Assembly (NCBI GenBank): GCA_965216755.1
Contig: CBDCGL010000011.1
Location: 4,608,001 to 4,672,000, forward strand
From: Alphaproteobacteria bacterium
Lineage (GTDB): Bacteria > Pseudomonadota > Alphaproteobacteria > UBA7887
Direction of reading: 5' to 3'
Length of the DNA stretch: 64,000 nt
Shown: positions 18,256 through 28,431 of the stretch, piece after piece
Position numbering within the stretch: position 1 is the stretch's first letter
Layout of the letters: each line of letters starts with the position of its first letter
Position numbers and translations under genes: made by a program
The notes under the pieces: model-generated
Database searches by the model: none
What the model was told of the DNA's origin: nothing
The model's input: the letters and a program-made list of their open reading frames with translations, nothing else

Positions 18256-18981
18256 GTGAACCATAGTCCGCAGAATCAGGATGAGGTGGTGCGTCTTCAG
18301 CGACTGCAGAGTGCGCTGCAGGAGGCGTTTGCCGAGGCTTCACGGATTTATCAGGCGCGTGGATTTCAGCGCCGGATCGGATTCGGGAAAAGGCCCGCTT
18401 TGATCAATGTCGACCTGGCGAATGCTTGGACGCGACCGGGCAATCCATTCACTTGCGACAATATCGATGAACAGATTATTCCCGGTGTACAGCAGTTACT
18501 TGCGGCGTGCAGGGACAAGGGACATGCGGTCGTCCATGTGACAACGAATTATCAGGTCACCGACCGGTCCGATCCACATACCGACATGGGTTTGTGGCAC
18601 TGCAAGATTCCGGTGGAGGTGGTTGATGCCAAGGATGAGGAATTGTGGGCGATCGACTCGCGAATCGCGCCCATAGACGGTGAGCAGGTGTTGATCAAGA
18701 AGCGGGCGAGCGCGTTTCACGGAACCTATCTGGCAGGCTATTTGCGCGCCGCCAACATCGATACGATTCTTGTAACTGGTGTGACCGCTTGCGCTTGTGT
18801 GCGCCAAACCGTGTGTGATGGACTGGCGGAGGGTTTCCGCACAATTGTGGTTCGCGAATGTATCGGTGACAGGGTGCCTGGCGCTGTGGAATGGAACCTG
18901 TTCGACATCGACGCCAAGTTTGGCGATGTTGTCGGACTCGAAGAGTGCTTGTCCTATTTGCGCGCGATCCGGGCAGCCTAA
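18256..18981 (+). CDS. N-carbamoylsarcosine amidase (isochorismatase-family cysteine hydrolase)
   Basis: RBS AGGAGG precedes GTG at 18256. RGFQRRIGFG-RPA, DLANAWT, DMGLW, RASAF and IGDRVPG--WNLFDIDAKFGDV match Arthrobacter CSHase as recalled. Confidence 0.8.
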   Translation: MNHSPQNQDEVVRLQRLQSALQEAFAEASRIYQARGFQRRIGFGKRPALINVDLANAWTRPGNPFTCDNIDEQIIPGVQQLLAACRDKGHAVVHVTTNYQVTDRSDPHTDMGLWHCKIPVEVVDAKDEELWAIDSRIAPIDGEQVLIKKRASAFHGTYLAGYLRAANIDTILVTGVTACACVRQTVCDGLAEGFRTIVVRECIGDRVPGAVEWNLFDIDAKFGDVVGLEECLSYLRAIRAA

Positions 18982-19035
18982 CATCACCACGCCTGGCGCG
19001 GATCGGCTGGTCGCGACGGGTGTGCGGAAATTCGC

Positions 19036-19509
19036 GTGACCAAGCGATATCGCATACGGGCTTTCGCGCCGTCGGATCTTGACAAGGCCATGCGCCTGTT
19101 TCGTGAGACTGTTCTCGCGGTGAACGCGCGTGACTATTCGCCGGCGGCCTTAGCGGTGTGGGCGCCGCCGGATCTCGATCGGGCGGTATGGGGCGCGCGC
19201 ATGGCCCGTCATGAAACATGGGTCGCGGACGATGTGGGCGACGTCGTTGGCTTTGCCGAATTGGCGCCACCGGATATGTTGCACATGTTGTACGTTCATA
19301 AATGTCGCCTAGGGCAGGGGATTGGGACGGCTTTGCTCAGCCAATCGGAGGCGACAGCGCGCCGACTTGGCGCGAGTTCGGTTCGGGTCGTGGCCAGCAC
19401 GACTGCGCGACCGTTTTTCGCCAAGCTTGGTTTTACGATGCAGGGGCAGCAAAATATTGAACGCGCGGGCGTATCGCTTTTAACTTATCGCATGCAGAAG
19501 CTTTTGTAA
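19036..19509 (+). CDS. GNAT-family N-acetyltransferase
   Basis: LYVH---GQGIGTALL acetyl-CoA binding motif; ARPFFAKLGF. Confidence 0.88.
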   Translation: MTKRYRIRAFAPSDLDKAMRLFRETVLAVNARDYSPAALAVWAPPDLDRAVWGARMARHETWVADDVGDVVGFAELAPPDMLHMLYVHKCRLGQGIGTALLSQSEATARRLGASSVRVVASTTARPFFAKLGFTMQGQQNIERAGVSLLTYRMQKLL

Positions 19510-19746
19510 GTTTTTGAAGTCGTGGCGACAGCGGGTTATTGGGTCGGAGCCATGTGCCGGGTCCGGTGAATCCGCTCTTTCGCAACATTGTTGTAGTGTC
19601 GCAACATCTCACGTGCGAATTGGTCACAAACCCACTGTTCACGTTCGACACGCGTCATCTAGACTGTGACTCTGTTCTGGAGCTTGTGTAGACTCTAAAT
19701 AGGTGCGCCACCCCACCCGTCCGGCGTACCTAACTCGGTCAAACTG

Positions 19747-19786
19747 CCGTCGCGCCACATTGCCCCGGCGCGACGGTTTTTCTTTT
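19747..19786 (+). terminator. Rho-independent terminator
   Basis: 10-bp stem ccgtcgcgcc/ggcgcgacgg with a 10-nt loop, followed by tttttctttt. Confidence 0.7.
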
Positions 19787-19882
19787 GCGCGGATTATCCG
19801 GGCCAGTTGGATGAACAACCAGTGACAAAAATGAGTCAAAACGGGTGGGGATCCTTATGGTTGTGATGGTCAGCGCTCCATA

Positions 19883-21565
19883 TCACTGCGAGGTTGTGGA
19901 GTTGGCGACGTAGCCGTTTTCAATGTCAAAACGGACCGCCTGTGGATTGCGATCCTGCGGCGATCCGAACCCACCGCCTCCTGACGTTTCCAACCGCAAG
20001 ACATCGCCTCTTTGTAGTTCCAAGTCGCGCTCTTTCGCGTCGAGCACCTGTTCTTTGCCATTGCGTTGCAATGTGAGTCGGCCGGTCGCGCCGGGCTCGC
20101 CGCCAGCCAGTCCATAGGGCGCAAAGCGAAATCTTTCAAAACTGGAATTGAAACGGCCCACGGGTGCATCCAACCGCCATTCTCTTACCAGGCCAAGGCC
20201 TCCTCTATATTGCCCCTGACCGCCCGATCCGACCCGCAAGCCGTAGGTCGTAAAGGTGATCGGGTAAGAGCTTTCGATGATCTCGATGGGCGCGTTTGCC
20301 AAATTGTGAAATCCAGCCGACAAGGCATTGGGGCCGTCATAGGTTGGTGCTGCACCCCATCCACCAACTTCGATCTCGAAATAAACCTGGCGGCGTCCGT
20401 CCGCCAACACCGGCTCGATCGTGTAAACGTAGCTGACGCCGTAGTACGCGGCGGGAATTCGTTGCGGCAGCGCCTGCGACATTGCGCCGAGGACTGTGTT
20501 GACGATGCGATGACCGACCGCCATGCGGTTCGCTACAGACGCCGGATGATTGGCGTTGACAACAGAACCCGCTGGGGCATGGACAGTGATCGGGCGATAA
20601 CATCCGGCATTGGGCGGAATATCACCGCCGGTGGCCGACATGATCGCGTAATAGACGGCGGACTTCGACATGTTCAACGTACAATTGACCGGGCCGCGGA
20701 CCTGTGCCGCCGAACCGGATAAGTCAACGGAAATGGTATCGGTGTCGATCGTCACCGCAGCGCTAATGCGAATCGGTTCGTCGACAATACCGTCGCCATC
20801 AACGAAGTCTTCAAACGTAAAGGTGCCATCGGGCATGGCTGATATGGCGCGCCGCATGGCCAGCTCAGATTGCAACTGAATCTGGTTCGTCGCCGCGCTG
20901 ACGATTGCAGGCCCAAATTTGTCGACGAGACGGCCAATCCCCGCGGCACCGATGTCAAGTGCGGCGATTTGCGCAATGATATCTGCCGCGACCATCTCCG
21001 GTTCACGCACGTTGAGCGCGATTATCTCGATCAGGGCGGCGTTTCTTTTGCCGCGTTCGACGATCTTGATCGCGGGTATGCGCAAACCTTCGCGAAAAAT
21101 CTCGGTGGCGCCGGGATCGTAACTACCGGGCGCGCCGCCGCCCATGTCAATGTGGTGGCAGAGGGTACCCGCGATTGCAATGCGCTGGTCGCCAGCGAAT
21201 ACGGGCTTGAAAGCGATAATATCGGGCAGGTGTTGACCGCCGCTGTGATAAGGGTCGTTGGTTACGATGACATCTCCGGGCTGCCACGCGTCGACAGGAA
21301 TATGCCGATCAATAATTGTCTCAAGGCATGTCGACATCGAGTTGAGGTGCACTGGAATGCGCGACGACTGTGCCACATTGTTGCCATCCGCGTCGAAAAC
21401 AGCGGTCGAATAGTCAAGGATCTCGCGAACCGACGGCGAACGGCTGGTCCGAGCAATGGCGACGCTCATCTCCTCGGCCGCGGCGACCAACGCGTTGCGG
21501 ATCACTTCAAGTCGAATTGGGTCGATGGCCCCGTGGCCGTCCTTTTGTTCCTGTTCAGTCATCAT
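19883..21565 (-). CDS. hyuB: Hydantoinase B / oxoprolinase subunit
   Basis: Motifs DPIRLEVIRN, TNDPYHSGGQHLPD, HHIDMGG, GGGGFGSP. ATG overlaps the hyuA stop. Confidence 0.9.
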   Translation of the reverse strand: MMTEQEQKDGHGAIDPIRLEVIRNALVAAAEEMSVAIARTSRSPSVREILDYSTAVFDADGNNVAQSSRIPVHLNSMSTCLETIIDRHIPVDAWQPGDVIVTNDPYHSGGQHLPDIIAFKPVFAGDQRIAIAGTLCHHIDMGGGAPGSYDPGATEIFREGLRIPAIKIVERGKRNAALIEIIALNVREPEMVAADIIAQIAALDIGAAGIGRLVDKFGPAIVSAATNQIQLQSELAMRRAISAMPDGTFTFEDFVDGDGIVDEPIRISAAVTIDTDTISVDLSGSAAQVRGPVNCTLNMSKSAVYYAIMSATGGDIPPNAGCYRPITVHAPAGSVVNANHPASVANRMAVGHRIVNTVLGAMSQALPQRIPAAYYGVSYVYTIEPVLADGRRQVYFEIEVGGWGAAPTYDGPNALSAGFHNLANAPIEIIESSYPITFTTYGLRVGSGGQGQYRGGLGLVREWRLDAPVGRFNSSFERFRFAPYGLAGGEPGATGRLTLQRNGKEQVLDAKERDLELQRGDVLRLETSGGGGFGSPQDRNPQAVRFDIENGYVANSTTSQ

Positions 21566-23616
21566 GCACCGATTTTTCTGAGACGAAGATGGCCGCCAAG
21601 GTCCGGTTCGAGTCGCCATGCCGGGGGCACGAAGTGGGTCGCGAACGGCTCTTCGATGATGGCTGGTCCCACAACGGGCGCGATAATCGCGTCCCGTTCG
21701 TAAATGGGCAGATCGCGCCAGTCACCACCAACATAGACAGACCGCCTGCCGACAGACACCGGCGAGTCACCCTTTGATTCCGGGGCGCCACGTGGTTTCG
21801 GGAGTTGCCCGATGGCGCGCAGCCGTATTGTGACGACCTCAACCGGGTCTTGCGGGTGGGCGTGGGCGTAACGCATTTGATGCAGCTCATGGAATCGCGA
21901 AACGGCTGCGCGGAGCATCGCTTCATCGGGGACGTTCCGGCCCCAAGGAACCAGCAATTCGTAAGCTTGACCGCGATAACGCATGTCCGCACTGAACTGC
22001 CATTCGCGATTTGCCGGCGCAACCCCGTCTGCATCGAGCATAGATTCACCTTGCAGAAGAAGCGCGCTCGCAATATCACGAATTGGGCCGAGCTCCGAAG
22101 TGGTGGCAGTGACGAGGCGCGTCTGCGCGAGGTCATGGGCAATATCACTGGCCAAAAAACCACCGGCGGAAAGCGTGGCCGGGTCGCGTGGCAAGATAAT
22201 AGTATCGATACCCAACTCCTCGGCGATATCGGCGGCGTGCAGTCCGCAGGCACCGCCAAACGAGACGAACGCGAAATCCTCGGGATCAAGACCTTTCTCG
22301 AACAGGCTCAGGCGCACCGCCGCGGCCATGTTCGACGTGGCAATCGCGAGCATTCCCTCGGCGGCACTTTCCACAGTCATTTCGAGGGGCCCTGCGAGGC
22401 GAGTCGCAATGGCACGGTGAGCTAGTTGACGATCCAAAGGCATGGCGCCATCCAGAAACGCCGCGCCGTCGATGCGTTCCAGCACGACGTTGGCGTCCGT
22501 GATTGTCGGTTCCGTGCCGCCGGTGCCGTAGCAAGCGGGCCCTGGCTTGGCGCCGGCGCTTTGTGGACCGACACGAACGCGGTCGCTGTCATCGATCCAT
22601 CCAATCGAGCCACCGCCCGCGCCGATCGTGCGGATTTCGACCATTGGCAAGCGAACGGGATGGCCGGCAACAATGCCATCGGTGACGACAGCCAGATTGC
22701 CGTCGTGGACCACGGAAATATCAAAACTGGTGCCACCCATGTCGCCGGCCACGAGATTCGGCGCGCCCAAAACTTGAGATAGTCGGTGCGCGGCGAGGGC
22801 GCCACCACAGGGCCCGGAAACGAGCAAACGCGCCGGCAGTGTCGCGGCCTTTTCAGGTGTGCTGACGCCGCCATTCGATTGCACGACGTAGAGCGGGCTT
22901 CCGATCCCGTCATCATCAAGGCGCCGACGCAATCGCCCGAGATAATCTCGCACCGTGGGCATCAACAGGGCGTTTAGGACCGTCGTCGAGGTACGTTCGA
23001 ACTCGCGAATCTCCGGGCTCAGCTCCGTCGAAATCGAGATAGCTAGATCTGGATACCGCCGCGCAAGCCAATCTCGGACGAACTGCTCATGCCGGGGATT
23101 CGCGAAAGCATTGAGCAGACATACGGCGATGGTCCGAATGCCGGCGGTTGCAATCGCATTACCGATTTTGGCAAGTGATGTTTCATTCAATGGCAATGTA
23201 ATGGTGCCGTTCGCGGCCACGCGCTCGTCCAGCCCAAACCGATGTTTGCGCGGCACCAAGAGGGGGCGCGATTCGGGCGCGAGACCGTACACGTCGCGTC
23301 GCGCGTGGCGACCAATCTCGAGCACATCTTCGAAGCCAGAAGTCGTAATCAGCGCCCCTGACGCAAGCTTGTTTTGAATGACGGCATTGGTCGCAATGGT
23401 TGTCCCATGAATGACAAATGACAACTGTGAGGTGGCAAAGCCCAAACGCCTTTTGGCCTGATCCAACGCATCGATCAAACCGCGCGACGGATCGTCGGGG
23501 GTGGTTGACGCCTTGAACGACCAAGTCTCGCCGCTCGACTCATGGAGAATTTGGAGATCCGTGAATGTGCCGCCGATATCGGCTGCGACACGGTAGGTGA
23601 TATCCGATGTTGTCAT
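21562..23616 (-). CDS. hyuA: Hydantoinase A / oxoprolinase subunit
   Basis: Motifs DIGGTFTD, HGTTIATNA, DMGGTSFD, IGAGGGSI, GPQSAGAKPGPACYG. Confidence 0.92.
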   Translation of the reverse strand: MTTSDITYRVAADIGGTFTDLQILHESSGETWSFKASTTPDDPSRGLIDALDQAKRRLGFATSQLSFVIHGTTIATNAVIQNKLASGALITTSGFEDVLEIGRHARRDVYGLAPESRPLLVPRKHRFGLDERVAANGTITLPLNETSLAKIGNAIATAGIRTIAVCLLNAFANPRHEQFVRDWLARRYPDLAISISTELSPEIREFERTSTTVLNALLMPTVRDYLGRLRRRLDDDGIGSPLYVVQSNGGVSTPEKAATLPARLLVSGPCGGALAAHRLSQVLGAPNLVAGDMGGTSFDISVVHDGNLAVVTDGIVAGHPVRLPMVEIRTIGAGGGSIGWIDDSDRVRVGPQSAGAKPGPACYGTGGTEPTITDANVVLERIDGAAFLDGAMPLDRQLAHRAIATRLAGPLEMTVESAAEGMLAIATSNMAAAVRLSLFEKGLDPEDFAFVSFGGACGLHAADIAEELGIDTIILPRDPATLSAGGFLASDIAHDLAQTRLVTATTSELGPIRDIASALLLQGESMLDADGVAPANREWQFSADMRYRGQAYELLVPWGRNVPDEAMLRAAVSRFHELHQMRYAHAHPQDPVEVVTIRLRAIGQLPKPRGAPESKGDSPVSVGRRSVYVGGDWRDLPIYERDAIIAPVVGPAIIEEPFATHFVPPAWRLEPDLGGHLRLRKIGA

Positions 23617-23634
23617 TACGTTTTACAAAGCATG

Positions 23635-24276
23635 CTAAGCGATTGCAGTGGCAGCAATCGGCGTTTTCGTGCGCAGTGACGCAACAACCGAGTCGCAAGA
23701 TGACACCGTGCCAAAATGCGTTGCGATGTCGTAAAGCGACGACAGCTGTTCCCGCGGACCGGTGGCCGCCACACAATCCTCAGGCACGACAACTTGATAG
23801 CCGTGAAAAAACGCATCGTGGACCGTCGCGCGAACGCAGATGTTCGTGACGACCCCACAAATGACCAGCTGGTCGACCATCATGTCCCTCAAAGTGAGAT
23901 CGAGGTCGGTGTTAAAGAAGCCCGAAAATCGTCGTTTCTTGACCACCAAATCCGCCGACTGGGGCGTCAACTCTTCGACAATCTCGGCGCCCCAGGTCCC
24001 TTCGATACAATGCGGTGTGCGCTTCAGGAACTCACGGTCTTGGCGGAGGGTTGGCCTATGACTGTCGACCAAAAAGACGATCGGCGCGCCGACGGTCCGC
24101 GCAGCCAAAAGAAGACACTGTTGCGGCGGATACAGCCGCGCGCAATCTGGAAGCACCATTTTGCCACCGTCTTTGCAGAAATCGTTCAGCATATCAACAA
24201 CCAAGACAGCGGTTCGCTTTGGATCGAGCGTGACTAGGTCTTGGTGCCGATGGGCCGAGAAACTGTCGTTGTTCAT
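23635..24276 (-). CDS. Isochorismatase-family cysteine hydrolase (nicotinamidase-like metal motif)
   Basis: Motifs VVDMLNDF, DSH...PHC, KRRFSGF, TNICVRAT. Confidence 0.88.
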   Translation of the reverse strand: MNNDSFSAHRHQDLVTLDPKRTAVLVVDMLNDFCKDGGKMVLPDCARLYPPQQCLLLAARTVGAPIVFLVDSHRPTLRQDREFLKRTPHCIEGTWGAEIVEELTPQSADLVVKKRRFSGFFNTDLDLTLRDMMVDQLVICGVVTNICVRATVHDAFFHGYQVVVPEDCVAATGPREQLSSLYDIATHFGTVSSCDSVVASLRTKTPIAATAIA

Positions 24277-24511
24277 GGCAGCATCGATCCTTTTGTCGCG
24301 AAACTAACTGGCGCAATCCACGTCAAGAAAAGCACCTTATTTGAGCAATATGCGGCCGGTTGGTCCATGTTCATGGCAAGTCGGGCTGTCCGTTGACTCG
24401 GTCGCAGGGGCACTCTAACGTTCACCGGTTGCCGCAGCATAGCAGTGTTCCCACATGTGAAGCGCCGCGCATTGCGTTGCGCGAAAAGCAGAGCGATTTC
24501 AGGAGGCAGGC

Positions 24512-25753
24512 ATGCCAATCACGCGAAGAGATTTCCTAGGTTCGACGGCCGCCTGTGCCGGGTTGGTTGCCGGTGCATCTTATCTGCCACGCATGAGTTT
24601 GGCGCAAGACACAATTACTATCGCGCAAATTCACGACCAGTCGGGCGGGCTCGATATCTACGGCAATCCGATGGTTGAAACATTCAACTTGGCGGTCGAC
24701 GAGATTAACGAGGCAGGCGGCTTGCTTGGGCGCATGGTGGCGCCAATCAACTATGACCCGCAGTCGAACATGCAGCTATATGCACAATACGCGCAAGAAG
24801 CGGCGTTAAGTGATGAGGCGGTTGTTGTTCATGGCGGCATCACCAGTGCATCGCGTGAGGTCATTCGGCCGGTTTTGAAACGATTTGACACATTGTATTT
24901 CTATAACACCCTTTACGAGGGTGGCGTCTGCGATCGCAACACATTCTGCATGGGTACAACGCCAGCCCAAACGCTTGAAAAAATGGTCCCGTATGTCATG
25001 GATCGGTATGGCAAATCCATGTACATCGTGGCGGCGGACTACAATTACGGCCAGATCACCGCGAAGTGGGTCACCAAATACTGCCGAGATCACGGCGGCG
25101 AGGTCGTGGGCGCCGAGTTCTTCCCGCTCGACGTGACCGACTTCGCATCGTCGATCAACAAAATCCAGGCCGCCAAACCCGATCTTGTTATGTCGGTCCT
25201 GGTCGGTGGCGCGCACATCTCATTTTATCGTCAGTGGTTCGCGGCGGGGATGAAGAGTGAGATTCCAATCGCGTCGACGACTTTCGGCGCCGGCAATGAA
25301 CACATCATCTTGTCGGAGGAGGAGGGCAACGGAATCATCTACGCCTGTGGGTATTTTCAGGAACTGGATACGCCGGAGAGCCGCGCCTATGTCGAGCGTT
25401 TTGCGGCGAAGTACGGTGCCGAACATTCCTATCTGACGGAATTGCCGACCGCGACCTATGAGGGCGTGAAGATCTGGGCGAAAGCTGTCGAGAATGCCGG
25501 TTCGCTGGATCGAATGAAGGTCATCGAAGCACTGGAAGACAATTTGAGCATAGCGGGGCCGACCGGGACCGTTACGATCGATCCCAAAACCCATCACACT
25601 CAACGGACCGCGCTGATCGCGGAGTGTCAAGACAAAGGATTCAGCCTGTTGGAGGCGTTTCCGGATCGGCCGCCCGCCGACACCGCCGCCGTTTGTGATC
25701 TCGGTAGCAATCCAAACGACAACCGGCAGTACGAAATCGAAGTCGACATCTAG
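24512..25753 (+). CDS. Urea/short-chain amide ABC substrate-binding protein (UrtA/FmdD/AmiC-like), Tat signal
   Basis: TRRDFL twin-arginine signal; GGITSASRE, LYEGG, DYNYG. Confidence 0.88.
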   Translation: MPITRRDFLGSTAACAGLVAGASYLPRMSLAQDTITIAQIHDQSGGLDIYGNPMVETFNLAVDEINEAGGLLGRMVAPINYDPQSNMQLYAQYAQEAALSDEAVVVHGGITSASREVIRPVLKRFDTLYFYNTLYEGGVCDRNTFCMGTTPAQTLEKMVPYVMDRYGKSMYIVAADYNYGQITAKWVTKYCRDHGGEVVGAEFFPLDVTDFASSINKIQAAKPDLVMSVLVGGAHISFYRQWFAAGMKSEIPIASTTFGAGNEHIILSEEEGNGIIYACGYFQELDTPESRAYVERFAAKYGAEHSYLTELPTATYEGVKIWAKAVENAGSLDRMKVIEALEDNLSIAGPTGTVTIDPKTHHTQRTALIAECQDKGFSLLEAFPDRPPADTAAVCDLGSNPNDNRQYEIEVDI

Positions 25754-25797
25754 GCCGCCGAAGGCGGGGTCGTTCTTGGGGGGGGGCGGAACCGCAA

Positions 25798-26664
25798 ATG
25801 GACCTGGCGCTTGTTGTCCTGATCCAAGTCATCAGCACGATTGCCAGCCTGGCGCTGATCAGCGTCGGATTGGCGGTCATATTCGGCATGATGCGGGTCA
25901 TCAATTTGGCCCACGGCGAGTTCCTGATGCTTGGTGGTTATGCAACCATCATTGCAACACGCAATGGGGTGAGTATATGGCTGGCGATGTTGGTCGTGGC
26001 GCCGGTCGTGGTCGGCGTGGTTGGCATTGTAGTCGAGCGCTTTGTCATACGATTCTTGTATGGACGCATGATCGATACCATGCTGGCAACTTGGGGGTTG
26101 AGCCTGTTTTTGATTGGGCTGGTGACAACGATTTTTGGCAACACGATTGAGGGCGTGACCGCACCACTCCCTGGCGCGTCAATCGGCACTTACAAGATCA
26201 GCCTCTACAGTTTGTTTGTTATCGGATTCACTTTGGTCCTGTTTGTGGGACTGTACATCGGCTTCCGCTTTACGCGGCTTGGGTTGATCGCGCGCGGGAC
26301 GATGCAAAACCCGGCGATGGCGTCGGCCTTGGGTGTGCGGCCGAGTCGTGTCTATGCCTCGACATTTGCAGTTGGTGCAGCGCTAAGCGGTTTGGCTGGC
26401 GGCATATTGGCGCCGGTGTCCGGTGTCGTTCCGACCATTGGAATCGCGTACATCGCGAAGGCATTTATCACCGTCATCACAGGCGGGGCTGCCGTACTGA
26501 CGGGCACCAGTTTGGCGTCGACGTTTTTCGGGACGGTGAACCAAGTCGTGACAATGCTGTGGACGCCGGTCTATGGCGAAGTGGCGCTTTTGCTGGCGGC
26601 CATCATTTTGCTGCGACTGATGCCGCAAGGCATTACCGGGCGCTTCCTCGGGCGGGGCGTTTAA
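25798..26664 (+). CDS. HAAT-family ABC permease (UrtB/LivH-like)
   Basis: GLAVIFGMMRVINLAHGEF; polytopic hydrophobic protein. Confidence 0.9.
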   Translation: MDLALVVLIQVISTIASLALISVGLAVIFGMMRVINLAHGEFLMLGGYATIIATRNGVSIWLAMLVVAPVVVGVVGIVVERFVIRFLYGRMIDTMLATWGLSLFLIGLVTTIFGNTIEGVTAPLPGASIGTYKISLYSLFVIGFTLVLFVGLYIGFRFTRLGLIARGTMQNPAMASALGVRPSRVYASTFAVGAALSGLAGGILAPVSGVVPTIGIAYIAKAFITVITGGAAVLTGTSLASTFFGTVNQVVTMLWTPVYGEVALLLAAIILLRLMPQGITGRFLGRGV

Positions 26665-27713
26665 TGGGTAATCGTCGGGGCTTACTGGCCCCGCTGCTGG
26701 TCAGCACGGGCGGCATCATAGCTGTTTTTTTGCTTCCACAGTTCGTCGGTTTGTTCACGCTTTTGCAAGTAACTGTGTACGCGGTGATGGCGATATTGGC
26801 ATTGAGCTTGGCACTCATTTGGGGATTCGCCGGTATTCTTTGCTTTGGTCAAGCAGCGTTTTTTGGTTTGGGCGCATACGGATATGCAGTCGCCGCGTTT
26901 AACGTGGTCGATACCTCAGGTGCCGTTATCGCCGGTATCGCCTTGCCGGCCGCGTTTGCCGCCGCGCTTGGATACTTCATGTTTTATGGTCGATTGAACG
27001 ATGTGTACGTTGGCGTGGTGACGCTTGTCGTTACTTTGATTTTGTTCAAGTTTATGGGGCATACCGCGGGCAGCGAGTACAAGATTGGGCAGGCGCGACT
27101 GGGCGGGTTTAATGGCATCCCTGCGGTGCCGACCGTGACGATGCCAGGCGACCCCCAGTCGATGGCCGGGCCAAGAGAGTTGTTCTACTTGACGGGGGGC
27201 GCCTTGACGGCAACCTACCTCGGCTTGTCGATTTTTCTGAACGGGCAATTTGGCCGCACCATTGTTGCGATCCGCGAAAATGAACTACGGGCGCAGCTGC
27301 TAGGATACGATGTACGCTTGCGCAAGTTGATCGTGTTTGCTGTCGGCGGCGGGATTGCAGGTTTGGCCGGGGTGTTGTTTGTGAATTGGGGTGCGTTCGT
27401 CAGCCCCGACGTCTTCAGTTTAGCGACGACTGCGAAAATCATCATCTGGGTTATCGTTGGTGGGTTGGGCACGCTTGTTGGACCCATCATCGGCGCCATC
27501 GGGTTGGAGTATGTGACCCGTCAGCTTGGCGCCGGGGCTCAAACCGTGATCAATAGCAATCTCGTCTTGGGCGCGATCTTGCTGGTGTTTGTCTTGGCGG
27601 TGCCGCGCGGTGTCGTGCCGACCGTGGCTGCAATTTGGCAGAACTGGCGTAGTGCCGCTGCGCGACGCTCGGATCCGACGGTCGAACCAAGAAAATCCAA
27701 CGATGTCACCTGA
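26664..27713 (+). CDS. HAAT-family ABC permease (UrtC/LivM-like)
   Basis: WGFAGILCFGQAAFFGLGAY, AIRENELRAQLLGY. ATG overlaps the previous stop. Confidence 0.9.
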   Translation: MGNRRGLLAPLLVSTGGIIAVFLLPQFVGLFTLLQVTVYAVMAILALSLALIWGFAGILCFGQAAFFGLGAYGYAVAAFNVVDTSGAVIAGIALPAAFAAALGYFMFYGRLNDVYVGVVTLVVTLILFKFMGHTAGSEYKIGQARLGGFNGIPAVPTVTMPGDPQSMAGPRELFYLTGGALTATYLGLSIFLNGQFGRTIVAIRENELRAQLLGYDVRLRKLIVFAVGGGIAGLAGVLFVNWGAFVSPDVFSLATTAKIIIWVIVGGLGTLVGPIIGAIGLEYVTRQLGAGAQTVINSNLVLGAILLVFVLAVPRGVVPTVAAIWQNWRSAAARRSDPTVEPRKSNDVT

Positions 27714-28431
27714 AATAGTGTTGGAAACGCGACGTCTTACCATGCGTTTTGGCGGTGTGGTTGCTGTTGATCAGGTGGATTTCGCGGTCCAGCGCGGCGA
27801 ACTTCGGTGCCTCATTGGACCAAATGGCGCTGGTAAGAGCACGTTGTTTAAATGCCTCACCGGTCAATTGCGCGCGTCGATGGGCCGCGTGGTCTTTTGC
27901 GGTCACGACATCACACGCGCCCAACCACATGAAATCGCGCGACTTGGCATGGGCATCAAGACCCAAGTTCCGAGCGTTTTCGATGGGCTCAGCGTGCGCG
28001 AAAATATATGGCTTGCCGCGCGACGGGGGGTCGGAAAGGCAAAGGCGCGCGAGATCAGCGCCGAGATCTTCGACGAACTGGCTTTGGCGCCGATTGCCGC
28101 GCGGATTGTTGGTGCTTTGGCGCATGGCCAACGTCAGCTTGTGGAGTTGGGTGTGGTCCTGGCCGGCCGACCAAGTTTGATTCTTCTCGATGAGCCAACC
28201 GCCGGGATGAGCCAGGACGAAGTTGCCCGGACAGCCGATCTCATCCGACGCTTGAACGAAACCACTACACTGATCGTGGTCGAACACGACATGCAATTTA
28301 TTAAGATGATCGCCAGTCACGTCACAGTTCTCCACCAGGGACGCATTCTGATCGAAGACGAGATTGATGTCGTGATGGCCGACCAAAATGTGCGTGACGT
28401 CTATCTGGGGCGTTCCGAGGCGGCGGCATGA
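27703..28431 (+). CDS. ABC ATP-binding protein (UrtD/LivG-like)
   Basis: GPNGAGKST, LAHGQRQ, LLDEPTAG, VEHD. Confidence 0.92.
   Translation: MSPEIVLETRRLTMRFGGVVAVDQVDFAVQRGELRCLIGPNGAGKSTLFKCLTGQLRASMGRVVFCGHDITRAQPHEIARLGMGIKTQVPSVFDGLSVRENIWLAARRGVGKAKAREISAEIFDELALAPIAARIVGALAHGQRQLVELGVVLAGRPSLILLDEPTAGMSQDEVARTADLIRRLNETTTLIVVEHDMQFIKMIASHVTVLHQGRILIEDEIDVVMADQNVRDVYLGRSEAAA

Noticed and set aside
25778-25786. G9 homopolymer upstream of the first permease gene as a phase-variation site
   Set aside because: It is intergenic, short, and coincides with the ribosome-binding region. A single sequence gives no evidence of length variation.
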